The notes: generated by a model from the sequence alone, not told the origin. Counted from the first letter of the stretch, positions 27,839 through 37,377 are shown. The stretch: DNA of 43,531 bases from Parcubacteria group bacterium GW2011_GWA2_38_13 (GCA_000992395.1 LBUD01000003.1:1-43531); one strand, 5' to 3'. Numbers and translations: made by a program.

Positions 27839-29572
27839 TCACTCTTTCGTCACCCTAAGTATTTCTTCAACGGTTGTAACGCCATTTTTTGCTTTGATAA
27901 ATCCGTCTTCAAGAATAGATATCATGCTTTGTTTTTTTGCAACAATTTTTAATTCCTCATTTGAAGCTTTTTTCACAAGCAGGGATGAAATTTCCGGAGT
28001 AATTTCCAATGCTTCGTATATCCCGATTCTTCCCTTAAAGCCTTCCTGGTTACACGCCTTGCATCCTTTACCCCGATAGAATAGTAGTTTGTCCAGGCTT
28101 TGTTTTTCCAAAGAAATTATTTTTTCTCTCTCAAGAGTTTTCACAAGCTCTTTGAGATTTATAATTTTATCAAGCTCGTCAACACCTTTTTTATCAAGCG
28201 TGTAGCTATAAATGCATTTTGGGCAGATTTTTCTTACCAGCCTTTGCGCAATAATTATATTTGTCGTATTGGCAATAAGAAAAGACGGTATTCCCATATC
28301 GCAGAGGCGGGGAAGCGTCGTTATGGCATCATTTGTGTGAAGAGTGGATAGTACCAGGTGTCCGGTCATTGCCGCATGTACTGCTATTTCGGCTGTTTCC
28401 GGATCGCGGATTTCGCCGACCATTATAATATTCGGATCTTGGCGCAAGAATGCCCGAAGTCCCGCGGCAAACGTATATCCGATTTTTGGATTCACCTGAC
28501 TTTGATTAACATGCGCCATTCTGTATTCAATAGGATCTTCTATGGTTGTGATATTTACTTTCGGCGTATTGAGCACGTTGAGGAATGTATAGAGCGTGGT
28601 TGTTTTTCCCGAACCCGTGGGACCTGTTACAAGAATCATTCCATGAGGCTTTGAAATATTTCGTTTTATAGTGGCAAGAACGGTGGGAAGAAATCCAAGC
28701 TGTTCAATGGTAAGAAGCTGGCCTTTTTCATTCAACAGCCTCATCACGACTTTTTCACCTTCAAATGTCGGAATTATAGAAACCCTAAATGAAACATTAT
28801 ATTCATTTGTCTGAATTTTAAATCTACCGTCTTGAGGAAGCCGGTGCTCGTCTAATTTAAGATTGGATAAAATTTTTATTCTTGCGACAATTCCGGCGTG
28901 CACTGATTTCGGAAGCGTCATGACGTTTCTTAAGATGCCGTCAATCCTGTATCGGGCGTCAACTTCTTTTTCTTCGGGTTCTATATGGATATCGGATGCT
29001 CCTTCAAATATGGCGTATTCTAAAAGCGTATCTACGATGCGGATAATGGGAAGGTCTTGGGCGAGTTCTTTCAGGTCTTTATTGTCAGGGTCCGGCTGGC
29101 CGGTTTCCTGTTCTTTTTTTATATTGCCAAATTCCACCTGAAGCCCGAGATGATATGACTTTAAAGCTTCGGAAAAGGATGATGGGGTTGTAATAAAAAT
29201 TTTTACGTCAAGATTCGTCTTTTTTTTCAAAAAGTCAAAAAGTTCAATGTCTTTTGGGTTTAATGTCGCTATGTGAAGATCCTTTTCATCTTTATCAAAA
29301 GCAATGATTTTATGCGCCTGGGCGATTGCTTCCGGAATAAGCATGAGGATGTCTTTTCTGATTTTTTTATCTTTTAAATCCGTGAAAGGTATGCTGTGTT
29401 TATCCGCAATGGCCTGGTATATTTGATTTTCATTTAATACTTTATTTTGCTTGAGATATTCCAGTGCTCCAATATTGGTTTCTTTTGCTTTGCGCTCATA
29501 TTCCTTGAGTTCCGGCTGGGTAATGAGTTTTTGTAGTATAAGAATTTCAATTATTTGATTTTCGCTTAACAT
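27839..29572 (-). CDS. pilB: Type IV pilus assembly ATPase PilB/GspE
   Basis: ASDIHIEP, RLPQDGR, GPTGSGKT, EDPIE, LRQDP, GEIRD, CxxC pairs. Confidence 0.95.
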   Translation of the reverse strand: MLSENQIIEILILQKLITQPELKEYERKAKETNIGALEYLKQNKVLNENQIYQAIADKHSIPFTDLKDKKIRKDILMLIPEAIAQAHKIIAFDKDEKDLHIATLNPKDIELFDFLKKKTNLDVKIFITTPSSFSEALKSYHLGLQVEFGNIKKEQETGQPDPDNKDLKELAQDLPIIRIVDTLLEYAIFEGASDIHIEPEEKEVDARYRIDGILRNVMTLPKSVHAGIVARIKILSNLKLDEHRLPQDGRFKIQTNEYNVSFRVSIIPTFEGEKVVMRLLNEKGQLLTIEQLGFLPTVLATIKRNISKPHGMILVTGPTGSGKTTTLYTFLNVLNTPKVNITTIEDPIEYRMAHVNQSQVNPKIGYTFAAGLRAFLRQDPNIIMVGEIRDPETAEIAVHAAMTGHLVLSTLHTNDAITTLPRLCDMGIPSFLIANTTNIIIAQRLVRKICPKCIYSYTLDKKGVDELDKIINLKELVKTLEREKIISLEKQSLDKLLFYRGKGCKACNQEGFKGRIGIYEALEITPEISSLLVKKASNEELKIVAKKQSMISILEDGFIKAKNGVTTVEEILRVTKE

Positions 29573-29624
29573 AGTATTTTTTTGTTTGATTTGATTTATA
29601 ATTTTTTATTGGTATTGCTTTGTA

Positions 29625-29653
29625 ATTATACCATAATTTATATATATGTGGAA
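29625..29653 (-). promoter_or_regulatory. Promoter of the pil operon
   Basis: Minus strand TTCCAC N17 TATAAT with a TG extension. Confidence 0.5.
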
Positions 29654-29663
29654 ATACACGAAG

Positions 29664-29692
29664 TGGACAAATTTTAAAATTACCAGTATAAT
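29664..29692 (+). promoter_or_regulatory. Promoter of the dcw-side operon
   Basis: TGGACA N17 TATAAT. Confidence 0.6.
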
Positions 29693-29710
29693 TTTAAAAA
29701 CTACTAAAAT

Positions 29711-30064
29711 ATGAAAAAAATATTGATTTCAAACATTTTTCGCGATGATATTTTTCAGCTTGGCGTTATAATTAATATTATGATAAATATTGCTCTGTGG
29801 GTGTTTCTTTATGGGCGCGTCAAATCCGCAAGCGATCCCATAACGCTTCAATATAATATATATTTCGGCATAAGTTATATGGGAGAGTGGTATAAGATTT
29901 TTGTCATGCCAATTATCGGGTTATTGATTTTTTTGCTGAATTATATTTTGTCTTATTATATTTATAGAAATGACACAATCGCCGCTTATTTTCTTATGGT
30001 GTCTGCAGTGGCAATCCAGGCGCTCTTACTATTATCGGCTCATTTGATTACCGTTTATACTTAA
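29711..30064 (+). CDS. Three-TM membrane protein (DUF1648-like)
   Basis: ITLQYNIYFGI..MG.W loop between TMs; upstream of mraY. Confidence 0.65.
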   Translation: MKKILISNIFRDDIFQLGVIINIMINIALWVFLYGRVKSASDPITLQYNIYFGISYMGEWYKIFVMPIIGLLIFLLNYILSYYIYRNDTIAAYFLMVSAVAIQALLLLSAHLITVYT

Positions 30065-30073
30065 TATAAATAA

Positions 30074-30203
30074 AAATACGAAATCCTAATATCTAAATTC
30101 TAAACAAATCCCAAATTATAAATCCAAATAAACCAAACCGTTTTGAATTTATTATTTTGAATTTCAATATTGTCTAGGATTTCGGATTTAGAATTTCGTA
30201 TTT
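30074..30203. repeat. Heptamer-built palindromic element E1 (MITE-like)
   Basis: About 34-bp imperfect TIRs AAATACGAAATCCTAA.../...TTAGAATTTCGTATTT; related to the cores of E2 and E3. Confidence 0.8.
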
Positions 30204-30212
30204 AATAACTTT

Positions 30213-31271
30213 ATGGAAATTTTTTTTATCTTAAAAGTATTTTTTTTGGGAGTCATTTCTTTTATTTTGGCGTTTGCGTGGACGCCTGTCCTTACGCATT
30301 TTTTGTATAAATATAAATTAGGAAAAAGCATCCGATCCGCCGAGCTTGCTCCCGTATTCGCTTCAATGCACCGGAAAAAAGAAGGAACGCCGACTATGGG
30401 AGGCTTGCTTGTTTGGGTGACAACTCTTGTGCTTACAATATTTTTCTTTTACATGGGAAAAATTTTTGATGACCGGTGGGGGCAACTTAATTTCTTATCA
30501 AGATCCGAAGTGCTTTTGCCTTTGGGCGCTTTAATAGCATCGGCCTTGGTCGGCCTTGCGGATGATCTTATAGACATTTTCCGGCTCGGAAAAAAAAGCG
30601 GGGGATTGCAGATGCGGCACAGATTTTTAATATATTCAGTTATTGCAATTATCGGCGCGTATTGGTTTTATTTCAAATTAGACTGGACCACGATTCATGT
30701 TCCTTTCATGGGTAATTATGACATCGGGTGGTGGTATATTCCATTATTTATTTTTGTTATTGTGGCGACCGCTTTTTCGGTGAATGAAATTGACGGGCTT
30801 GATGGTTTGGCGGGAGGAACGCTTCTTACATCTTTTGCGGCATTCGGCGTGATCGCATTTGTAAATGGAAAGTATAATCTTGCGACATTTTGCTCTGTTA
30901 TCGTAGGAGCGCTTTTGGCATTCCTTTGGTTTAATATCCATCCCGCGCGCTTTTTTATGGGTGATACCGGATCCATGTCGCTTGGGGTTACGCTTGGCGT
31001 AATTGCAATGCTTACCAACTCTGTTTTTTTGCTGCCGATAATAGGATTTCTTTTTGTACTTGAATCGCTATCGGTAATAATTCAGATTGCTTCAAAAAAA
31101 TTGCGCGGAAAAAAAATATTTATCTCCGCGCCGTTTCATCACCACCTGGAAGCCGTCGGCTGGCCCGAAGCTAAAATTGTTATGCGATTTTGGGTGATGT
31201 CCGGCGTTTTCGCCGTGCTTGGGCTTATACTCTTTTTGCTGGATACTTTATACAGGGCGGGGAAGTTTTAG
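30213..31271 (+). CDS. mraY: Phospho-N-acetylmuramoyl-pentapeptide transferase
   Basis: KEGTPTMGG, GLADD, NEIDGLDGL, FMGDTGS, APFHHH. Confidence 0.96.
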   Translation: MEIFFILKVFFLGVISFILAFAWTPVLTHFLYKYKLGKSIRSAELAPVFASMHRKKEGTPTMGGLLVWVTTLVLTIFFFYMGKIFDDRWGQLNFLSRSEVLLPLGALIASALVGLADDLIDIFRLGKKSGGLQMRHRFLIYSVIAIIGAYWFYFKLDWTTIHVPFMGNYDIGWWYIPLFIFVIVATAFSVNEIDGLDGLAGGTLLTSFAAFGVIAFVNGKYNLATFCSVIVGALLAFLWFNIHPARFFMGDTGSMSLGVTLGVIAMLTNSVFLLPIIGFLFVLESLSVIIQIASKKLRGKKIFISAPFHHHLEAVGWPEAKIVMRFWVMSGVFAVLGLILFLLDTLYRAGKF

Positions 31272-31291
31272 AATATCGCATAAAAATCGTC

Positions 31292-32758
31292 ATGCAAAAT
31301 AAACAAGAAAACAATTTTAAAGGAAAAAAAGTACTCATTATGGGTTTAGGCTTGCATGGCGGGGGAGTGAGCGTTGCGAATTTTTTTATTAAAGAAGGCG
31401 CGCAGGTCCGGATTACGGATTTAAAAAAACAAGAGGAGCTTTTGCCGTCTTTGAAGAAAATAAAGGAAATAAAAACTCCTCCCCTTACGAAGGGGAGGCG
31501 GGGAGGGGTTACTTATACCCTTGGCAAGCATTTGGAAAAGGATTTTAGATGGGCGGATATGGTTGTGCAAAACCCGGGAGTTCCCAAGGAATCAAAATTT
31601 TTAAAAATCGCGAAGATTCACGGCGCGCAAATTGAAAACGAAGCAACATTATTTTTTCAAATTATCGGACGCGAAAGAATTATTGGCGTTACGGGCACGC
31701 GCGGAAAATCCACCACCACAACATTGATTTATAATATTGTGAAGGAAAAATATCCTCATGCGCTTATCGGCGGAAACATCGCAACCTCTCCTATGTTTGA
31801 TATTATTTATAAAGCGAAAAAGACCCATGATCCAATTGTTTTAGAGCTCTCATCCTGGCATTTGGAAAATTTAGGTGAGAAAGAATTAAGCCCGCATATT
31901 GCCGTTTTTACCAATCTCATGCAGGATCATCTTAATAGATATAAAAATTTGGACGAATACGGACGAGCCAAGGCAAATATCTATTTGCATCAAAGGGAAA
32001 ATGATTTTTTAATATTAAATTGGGATAATTTTTTCACGCTTTCAGGCTCAAAAAACGCATCGGCGCATATATATTGGTTCGGCAAGAAAAAAAATATTGA
32101 TAAGCCGGGATGTTTTATCCAAGACCAATGGGTATATTTTACAACAAAAGAAAAAGAAGAAAAGATTTTTGATTTGTCTGATACATCTTTATTGGGCGAG
32201 CATAATAGGGAAAATATTTTAGCTGCGATTTGTGTTGCAAAAATTATCGGCATCGGCAACGATAGTATTTCGAAGGCAATAAAAAATTTCAAAGGGCTTG
32301 AGCACAGGATGGAATTTGTTATGGATGATAGAGGAGTGCGATATATCAATGATACGGCTGCGACAACGCCTGATGGAGCCATTGCGGCGATAAAGGCCTT
32401 GAGAATTAAGAATCAAGAATTAAGAATCAAGAATATTATTTTAATAGCCGGTGGAAGCGACAAGGGAATCCCGCAGGAGAATTTTAATGAGCTTGGCGTT
32501 TTGATACAAAAATATTGCAAAGCCGTGGTATTATTTAAAGGCGTTGGCAGTGAGAAAATTTTAAAATCCTTACCCGCTACTGGTTACCCGCTACTGGTTA
32601 CTGATATAAAAACCATGGTTGATGCTTTGGGCGTTGCCAAAAGTTTTGCAAAAAAAGGAGATATTGTTTTGCTGTCTCCGGCATGCGCTTCGTTTGGAAT
32701 ATTTCAAAATGAATTTGACCGCGGAAATCAATTCAAGGCGCTGCTGTGCGCCATGTGA
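31292..32758 (+). CDS. murD: UDP-MurNAc-L-Ala-D-Glu ligase, with three in-frame repeat tracts
   Basis: GLGLHGGG, GTRGKSTT, ELSSW, DHLNRY, HRME, LSPACASFG.F.NEFDRG; ATG 31292. Confidence 0.95.
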   Translation: MQNKQENNFKGKKVLIMGLGLHGGGVSVANFFIKEGAQVRITDLKKQEELLPSLKKIKEIKTPPLTKGRRGGVTYTLGKHLEKDFRWADMVVQNPGVPKESKFLKIAKIHGAQIENEATLFFQIIGRERIIGVTGTRGKSTTTTLIYNIVKEKYPHALIGGNIATSPMFDIIYKAKKTHDPIVLELSSWHLENLGEKELSPHIAVFTNLMQDHLNRYKNLDEYGRAKANIYLHQRENDFLILNWDNFFTLSGSKNASAHIYWFGKKKNIDKPGCFIQDQWVYFTTKEKEEKIFDLSDTSLLGEHNRENILAAICVAKIIGIGNDSISKAIKNFKGLEHRMEFVMDDRGVRYINDTAATTPDGAIAAIKALRIKNQELRIKNIILIAGGSDKGIPQENFNELGVLIQKYCKAVVLFKGVGSEKILKSLPATGYPLLVTDIKTMVDALGVAKSFAKKGDIVLLSPACASFGIFQNEFDRGNQFKALLCAM

Positions 32759-32874
32759 TTTATGGTTTTAAATGATATTAAAAATTCACTGGTTATAAAT
32801 TCCGTCGTCAATTTCCCATTGATAAATATATAGTTGATTTTTGTTGTTTGGATAAGTCCTAAAAACTATCTTCA

Positions 32875-33097
32875 CCCTCATCCGTCCCGACTGCTGTCGG
32901 GACACCTTCTCCCGTCCAGGGAGAAGGAAATAATGGAAATATTTTTCTTTCATTAAAATCTCCCTCTCCCTGGACGGCCTGCCTGCCCTGCCTACCGGTC
33001 AGGCAGGCGGTAGGCAGAGGGGGAGGCGGAGAGGGGTCTTGGGAATGTTTTCATTTATTCTCCCTCTCCCTGGACGGGAGAGGGGTGGGGTGAGGGT
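32875..33097. repeat. Cluster of GC-rich REP-like palindromes with nested insertions
   Basis: CCTTCTCCCGTCCAGGGAGAAGG and an inverted CCCTCTCCCTGGACGGGAGAGGG pair; the middle copy is interrupted by CCTGCCTACCGG(T)CAGGCAGG-type units. Confidence 0.85.
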
Positions 33098-33141
33098 GTG
33101 GTTAGCTTAGCTAAAAAATAGCTAATTTTTTGTTTTTATGC

Positions 33142-33170
33142 TTGACAAAAAAATTATATGTGCTATAAAT
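33142..33170 (+). promoter_or_regulatory. Probable sigma70 promoter for the 33216 gene
   Basis: TTGACA N16 TATAAAT with a TG extension. Confidence 0.5.
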
Positions 33171-33215
33171 ATTGATGGTGTTTAATAAACATGGTTCTTT
33201 TTATGGAGTGAAATT

Positions 33216-33458
33216 ATGGAGTCTCTCAAAAGTCAGGAGCAATATTTTATACAATATTGTAAAAGAGAATGCCGAACAACGAAGCGTGGTTTATTAGCGC
33301 TTGGAGTGTTATTCCTGTTGGGTCTGTTGTTTGTGGCATTTGATGATATTTCAAATGAATCACGTCTAACTCCGATTGAGCGAATTGTTCATGCGGACGA
33401 CAAGGAAAAAAATAGGGCACGTTGCAAAACAACGTGCCTTTTTCGTTTTGCAGTATAG
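33216..33458 (+). CDS. Small single-TM hypothetical protein, accessory
   Basis: GGAG SD at 33205-33208, upstream promoter, one TM. Confidence 0.45.
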   Translation: MESLKSQEQYFIQYCKRECRTTKRGLLALGVLFLLGLLFVAFDDISNESRLTPIERIVHADDKEKNRARCKTTCLFRFAV

Positions 33459-33487
33459 CCTATGCCAGAAAAATATATTATTATATA

Positions 33488-33588
33488 TAGTATCTAGTAT
33501 TAAGTATCAAGTATATAGTATGTTGTATGTAGTGTTAGAGTAAATATTTAGATACTTGATACTAAATACTATATACCCGATACTAAAT
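33488..33588. repeat. Inverted heptamer array (TAGTATN then GATACTA units)
   Basis: tagtatc tagtatt aagtatc aagtata tagtatg ... gatactt gatacta aatacta tataccc gatacta. Confidence 0.8.
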
Positions 33589-33597
33589 GCAAGGATT

Positions 33598-34737
33598 ATG
33601 AGAAAAGTCATTTGGAAACAAACAATGAAAAAAGATAATTATACGTCCGCCCCTGATTTTTTATTAATGGGAGCGGTGGGGTTGATTATTGTTTTCGGAT
33701 TATTTGCGCTTGCGTCAGCATCAAGCGTATATTCTTTGAATAAATTCGGAACTCCGTATTATACGATATTGCATCAAATGTATACCGGAATAATACCGGG
33801 CTTTTTAGCTTTTTATTTTTTTCTGAATCTGGATTATAGAAAGCTGGGAAAATTTACCTATCTATACTATGGAATCACTTTGGCATTGTTGTTGCTAGTT
33901 TTTATTCCCGGGCTTGCGGCAGGGTATGGAAAAACCCGAAGCTGGATAAATGTGTTCGGTTTTTCTTTCCAACCGGCCGAAGCGGCAAAATTGACTTTTC
34001 TATTATTTTTAGGAAGCTGGATACAAAAAAAAGGCTTTTCGGAAATAATTTCTTTTACATATGGTTTTATCCCGTTTATTTTTTATCTTGGAATCATATC
34101 CTACCTCATTTTGGAGCAGCCGGATTTGGGAACGCTTATAATATTGGTTTTTATGTCGCTTTCGGTTTATTTTATTGCCGGGGCGAAATTAAAACATTTT
34201 TTATTTTTTTGCGCTTTGGGCATTGCCGGGTTTACGGTAAAAGTTTTTACGACCGATTATCTTATGGAAAGAGTAAAAGTTTTTTTGCATCCCCAATCAG
34301 ATATTGTGAATGTCGGGTATCAGGTATACCAATCTCTGATAGCAATCGGATCGGGTGGGATTTTCGGCAGGGGGTTTGGCAAATCCCAGCAGAAATTTCT
34401 TTATCTTCCCGAAGTTTCAAGCGATTCTATTTTCCCAATAATTGCGGAAGAAATGGGATTTTTTATATCCTCCGCCCTTATTATATTATTTTTGTTTTTA
34501 ATGTACCGGGGAATAAAAATCGCTATGGCGGCGCAGGATCCCCTTGGAAGATTTCTTGCAATTGGAATTGTTGTATGGATCACATGCCAGGCATTTTTGA
34601 ATATCGCGGTGATGGTGGGATTAGCGCCCGTTACCGGCATTCCATTTCCTTTGGTGAGCGCCGGAGGCACAGCCATGGTTGCGAATTTGTGCGCGCTTGG
34701 AATACTTATAAATATTTCCAAGCACAGGATGGCATAA
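33598..34737 (+). CDS. ftsW: SEDS peptidoglycan polymerase FtsW
   Basis: RSWI, FQPAE.AK, QPDLGT, GYQ..QS..AIGSGG, LPEVSSD, EEMG, P.TGIP.P.VS.GG; start 33598 or 33625. Confidence 0.9.
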   Translation: MRKVIWKQTMKKDNYTSAPDFLLMGAVGLIIVFGLFALASASSVYSLNKFGTPYYTILHQMYTGIIPGFLAFYFFLNLDYRKLGKFTYLYYGITLALLLLVFIPGLAAGYGKTRSWINVFGFSFQPAEAAKLTFLLFLGSWIQKKGFSEIISFTYGFIPFIFYLGIISYLILEQPDLGTLIILVFMSLSVYFIAGAKLKHFLFFCALGIAGFTVKVFTTDYLMERVKVFLHPQSDIVNVGYQVYQSLIAIGSGGIFGRGFGKSQQKFLYLPEVSSDSIFPIIAEEMGFFISSALIILFLFLMYRGIKIAMAAQDPLGRFLAIGIVVWITCQAFLNIAVMVGLAPVTGIPFPLVSAGGTAMVANLCALGILINISKHRMA

Positions 34738-34758
34738 AAAATTGCCAACACGAAAATA

Positions 34759-35781
34759 TTATAATTCCTTTAGACGCCTTACCAGGCATTCCTGAAGTTT
34801 TTCCGAATCGTGCCTAGCAAGATTTACACGTTCGGATTTTATGGAGATGAGATTTTCTAAATACACCTTTTGGTGTTTTTTTAAAATATTTGTAGTATCA
34901 AAATCATTTTCAACAAAGTACGAGCCGACCTCTTCATAAATTTTTAGCACATCGTCGGATGGCCTTTGGTTGTTGCATATAATAATATCTAAATCCGCGC
35001 CGATATATTTTTGTATTGTGGAAACAAAATCGCTTGATTTAAAAATATGCAGTCCTCCATGAAGCCCTTTTCCGCTTGTTTCGCCCCACTGTGTCATCAC
35101 ATTGCAAAAAAATATTTTTTTAGCTTTGGAGTCCTGAATGCATTCCTTTACGCCTTCGGGAAGCAGTACGGAAAGCGTGCTTGTATAAATGCTTCCGGGG
35201 GCGAAAATTATCACATCAGCCTCCTTCAATGCCCGGGCGCTTGACTCGCATATAAAAGTCCCCTTAGGCACCAGCTCCACATATTTTATCGGAATGGGTT
35301 TGGTGCTTGTACTGTTATTAAAATGTTCTTCACCAATGATTGTATCGTCATCGGCATACACGGCGCGAAAATGCGCTTTTGTTGTTGTAACCGGCAGAAC
35401 GCGAAAGCGTTTGTCAATTGTAAGAAAATCATGGAGCCAATGCAGGGCTTCCGTAGAATTTCCTTCAAACACTTTTTCTAAAGCTGCTATAAATATATTT
35501 CCAAATACATGGCCGGACACTTCTCTTTTGGCGTCGGTTTCATCAAACCTGAATTGGAATAATTTTTTTAAAGTTTGGCTGTTGATAAAAGCCGCCATGC
35601 AATTTCTGAGATCACCGGGCGGAAAAATGCCGAATTCGTTCCTGAGCCTTCCGGACGATCCGCCGTTATCGGTCATGGCCACGATTGCGGTTATCTGCAC
35701 ATGATAAAGATTTTTTAACGCTTCCAAAAGCCGTACGTGACCCGTGCCCCCTCCAAGAGTTGCTATTTTAAGCTCTCGCAT
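34759..35781 (-). CDS. yvcK: YvcK/GlmR (CofD-like, UPF0052) protein
   Basis: GGGTG, TAIVAMTDNGGSSGRLR, PPGDLRNC, GH.FGN, PGSIYTS, RHD. Confidence 0.9.
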   Translation of the reverse strand: MRELKIATLGGGTGHVRLLEALKNLYHVQITAIVAMTDNGGSSGRLRNEFGIFPPGDLRNCMAAFINSQTLKKLFQFRFDETDAKREVSGHVFGNIFIAALEKVFEGNSTEALHWLHDFLTIDKRFRVLPVTTTKAHFRAVYADDDTIIGEEHFNNSTSTKPIPIKYVELVPKGTFICESSARALKEADVIIFAPGSIYTSTLSVLLPEGVKECIQDSKAKKIFFCNVMTQWGETSGKGLHGGLHIFKSSDFVSTIQKYIGADLDIIICNNQRPSDDVLKIYEEVGSYFVENDFDTTNILKKHQKVYLENLISIKSERVNLARHDSEKLQECLVRRLKEL

Positions 35782-35812
35782 AGTATTGGTATATATTTTT
35801 AGATGTAATTTA

Positions 35813-35840
35813 ATTATATGCTCAATGCATTAAATGTCAA
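35813..35840 (-). promoter_or_regulatory. Promoter of yvcK
   Basis: Minus strand TTGACA N16 TATAAT. Confidence 0.65.
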
Positions 35841-35937
35841 ATATTTTTCTGCAATTATTTTTTATTATTACGTTTTTTGTTTAAATTTAAATTAAAAAAT
35901 AGCATCAATTTGTCAAAAAAATATTTTAATATATAAA

Positions 35938-35946
35938 TTATCCACA
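35938..35946 (+). promoter_or_regulatory. Perfect DnaA box in the yvcK/murG divergent region
   Basis: TTATCCACA. Confidence 0.5.
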
Positions 35947-36016
35947 GAAAAGCATACTATTGAAATGTATATATTTTTTGTATAAAAAATGAATAAATAT
36001 ATTCATAAAGTATCCG

Positions 36017-36045
36017 TTGAAAATCGTTGTAAATTCTGTTATGCT
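36017..36045 (+). promoter_or_regulatory. Promoter of murG, predicted leaderless mRNA
   Basis: TTGAAA N17 TATGCT with a TG extension, 6 bp before ATG 36052. Confidence 0.55.
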
Positions 36046-36051
36046 GATACC

Positions 36052-37119
36052 ATGACAAGAATAATTTTATCCGGAGGCGGAACATTGGGATCTGTGAGCC
36101 CATTGCTTGCATTGTTTGAAGAGATGCAGGAAAAAATTCCCCATATGAAATGCGTTTGGGTGGGAACGATTACAGGTCCGGAAAAAAAAATAGCGGAAGG
36201 CTATGGAATAGAATATAAATCCATTGCTTCCGGAAAATTCAGAAGGTATTTTTCAATACAAAATTTTTTAGATATTTTGCAAATTCTTGTTGGATTTTTT
36301 CAATCAATTTTTTTTATAATAAGTTTTAAGCCATCACTCGTGCTAACGGCCGGAGGGTTTGTGGCCGTGCCGCTGGTATGGGCTGCGTGGATTTTGCGCG
36401 TACCTATTCACATTCATCAGCAAGACGCCCGAGTCGGCCTGGCAAATAAACTCATGGCGCCTTTTGCAACACTGATAACGGCAACTTTTGAAAAAAATGT
36501 AAAATATTTTAAAAATAAAAACGTTGTTGTTACGGGAAATCCTTTGAGAAAGGACTTGGCTTGTCTGGATAAAACCGAAGCAGTGGATTTTTTTGGATTT
36601 TCTGAAAATCTTCCGGTTCTATTGGTAATGGGAGGAGGTACAGGAGCGCTGGTGATAAATAAGCTTATCGCTGATTCTTTTGATCAGCTCATAGAGTTTT
36701 GCCAAATTATCCATTCAACGGGTGAAGGAAAAATGATATATCTGAAAAAGAATTCTCGGTACCGGGCGTATGAATTTTTATACCATATGGGGCTTTCGCA
36801 TGCGTATGCGGCTAGCGATTTGGTAATATCGCGTGCGGGAATGTCAACTCTTACCGAGCTTGCCATGTTTGCAAAACCGGCAATAATTATTCCTATTCCA
36901 TATAGCCATCAAGAAGATAACGCCCGTGAATTTGAAAATAAAAACGCCGCTCGCGTATTGCATCAGAATGATTTAACTCCTGAAAAATTTGTAAAAATAA
37001 TCCAGGAATCCCTTCAAGACAAAAATCTTTTAAAAACATTTTCGGAAAATATCGGAAAAATGTTTCCAAATGACGCGGCAAAAAAAGCAACGGAAGAAAT
37101 TATCAAGATCATTAGATAA
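36052..37119 (+). CDS. murG: Lipid II GlcNAc transferase MurG
   Basis: SGGGTLGSV.P, GGFVAVP, HQQD...GLANK, TGNP, GGGTGA, RAG, HQEDNA. Confidence 0.94.
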   Translation: MTRIILSGGGTLGSVSPLLALFEEMQEKIPHMKCVWVGTITGPEKKIAEGYGIEYKSIASGKFRRYFSIQNFLDILQILVGFFQSIFFIISFKPSLVLTAGGFVAVPLVWAAWILRVPIHIHQQDARVGLANKLMAPFATLITATFEKNVKYFKNKNVVVTGNPLRKDLACLDKTEAVDFFGFSENLPVLLVMGGGTGALVINKLIADSFDQLIEFCQIIHSTGEGKMIYLKKNSRYRAYEFLYHMGLSHAYAASDLVISRAGMSTLTELAMFAKPAIIIPIPYSHQEDNAREFENKNAARVLHQNDLTPEKFVKIIQESLQDKNLLKTFSENIGKMFPNDAAKKATEEIIKIIR

Positions 37120-37337
37120 AATTTCCAATACCCAATTTCTTAATAAAATCCTAAATCCTTAATCCTAAACAAACCCTAAATTCGAAATCCTAAATCCTAA
37201 ACAAATCACAAATTACAATATTCCAAACAGTTGTTTTGAATTTGAAAAATTGGTATTTCGAATTTGTTTAGAATTTCGATATTAGGGTTTAGAATTTTTT
37301 ATTTGGGCATTTCATTGGTAATTGGGAATTGGAAATT
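37120..37337. repeat. Composite palindromic element E2 (outer arms plus heptamer core)
   Basis: Ends AATTTCCAAT.CCCAATT / AATTGGGAATTGGAAATT; shares blocks with E3; begins directly after the murG stop. Confidence 0.85.
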
Positions 37338-37377
37338 CAGGAATTTACTATGTGTATATATAATAAAAGTAAGTATT

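Noticed and set aside
35782..36051. Replication origin
   Set aside because: AT-rich, but only one perfect DnaA box, no dnaA or dnaN nearby, and two divergent promoters explain the region.
37264..37377. N-terminal extension of MurC in the ORF track
   Set aside because: It is a translation of repeat E2; MurC-like sequence begins at ATG 37378. The extensions on ftsW (33556), murD (31190) and murG (35989) were rejected for similar reasons.
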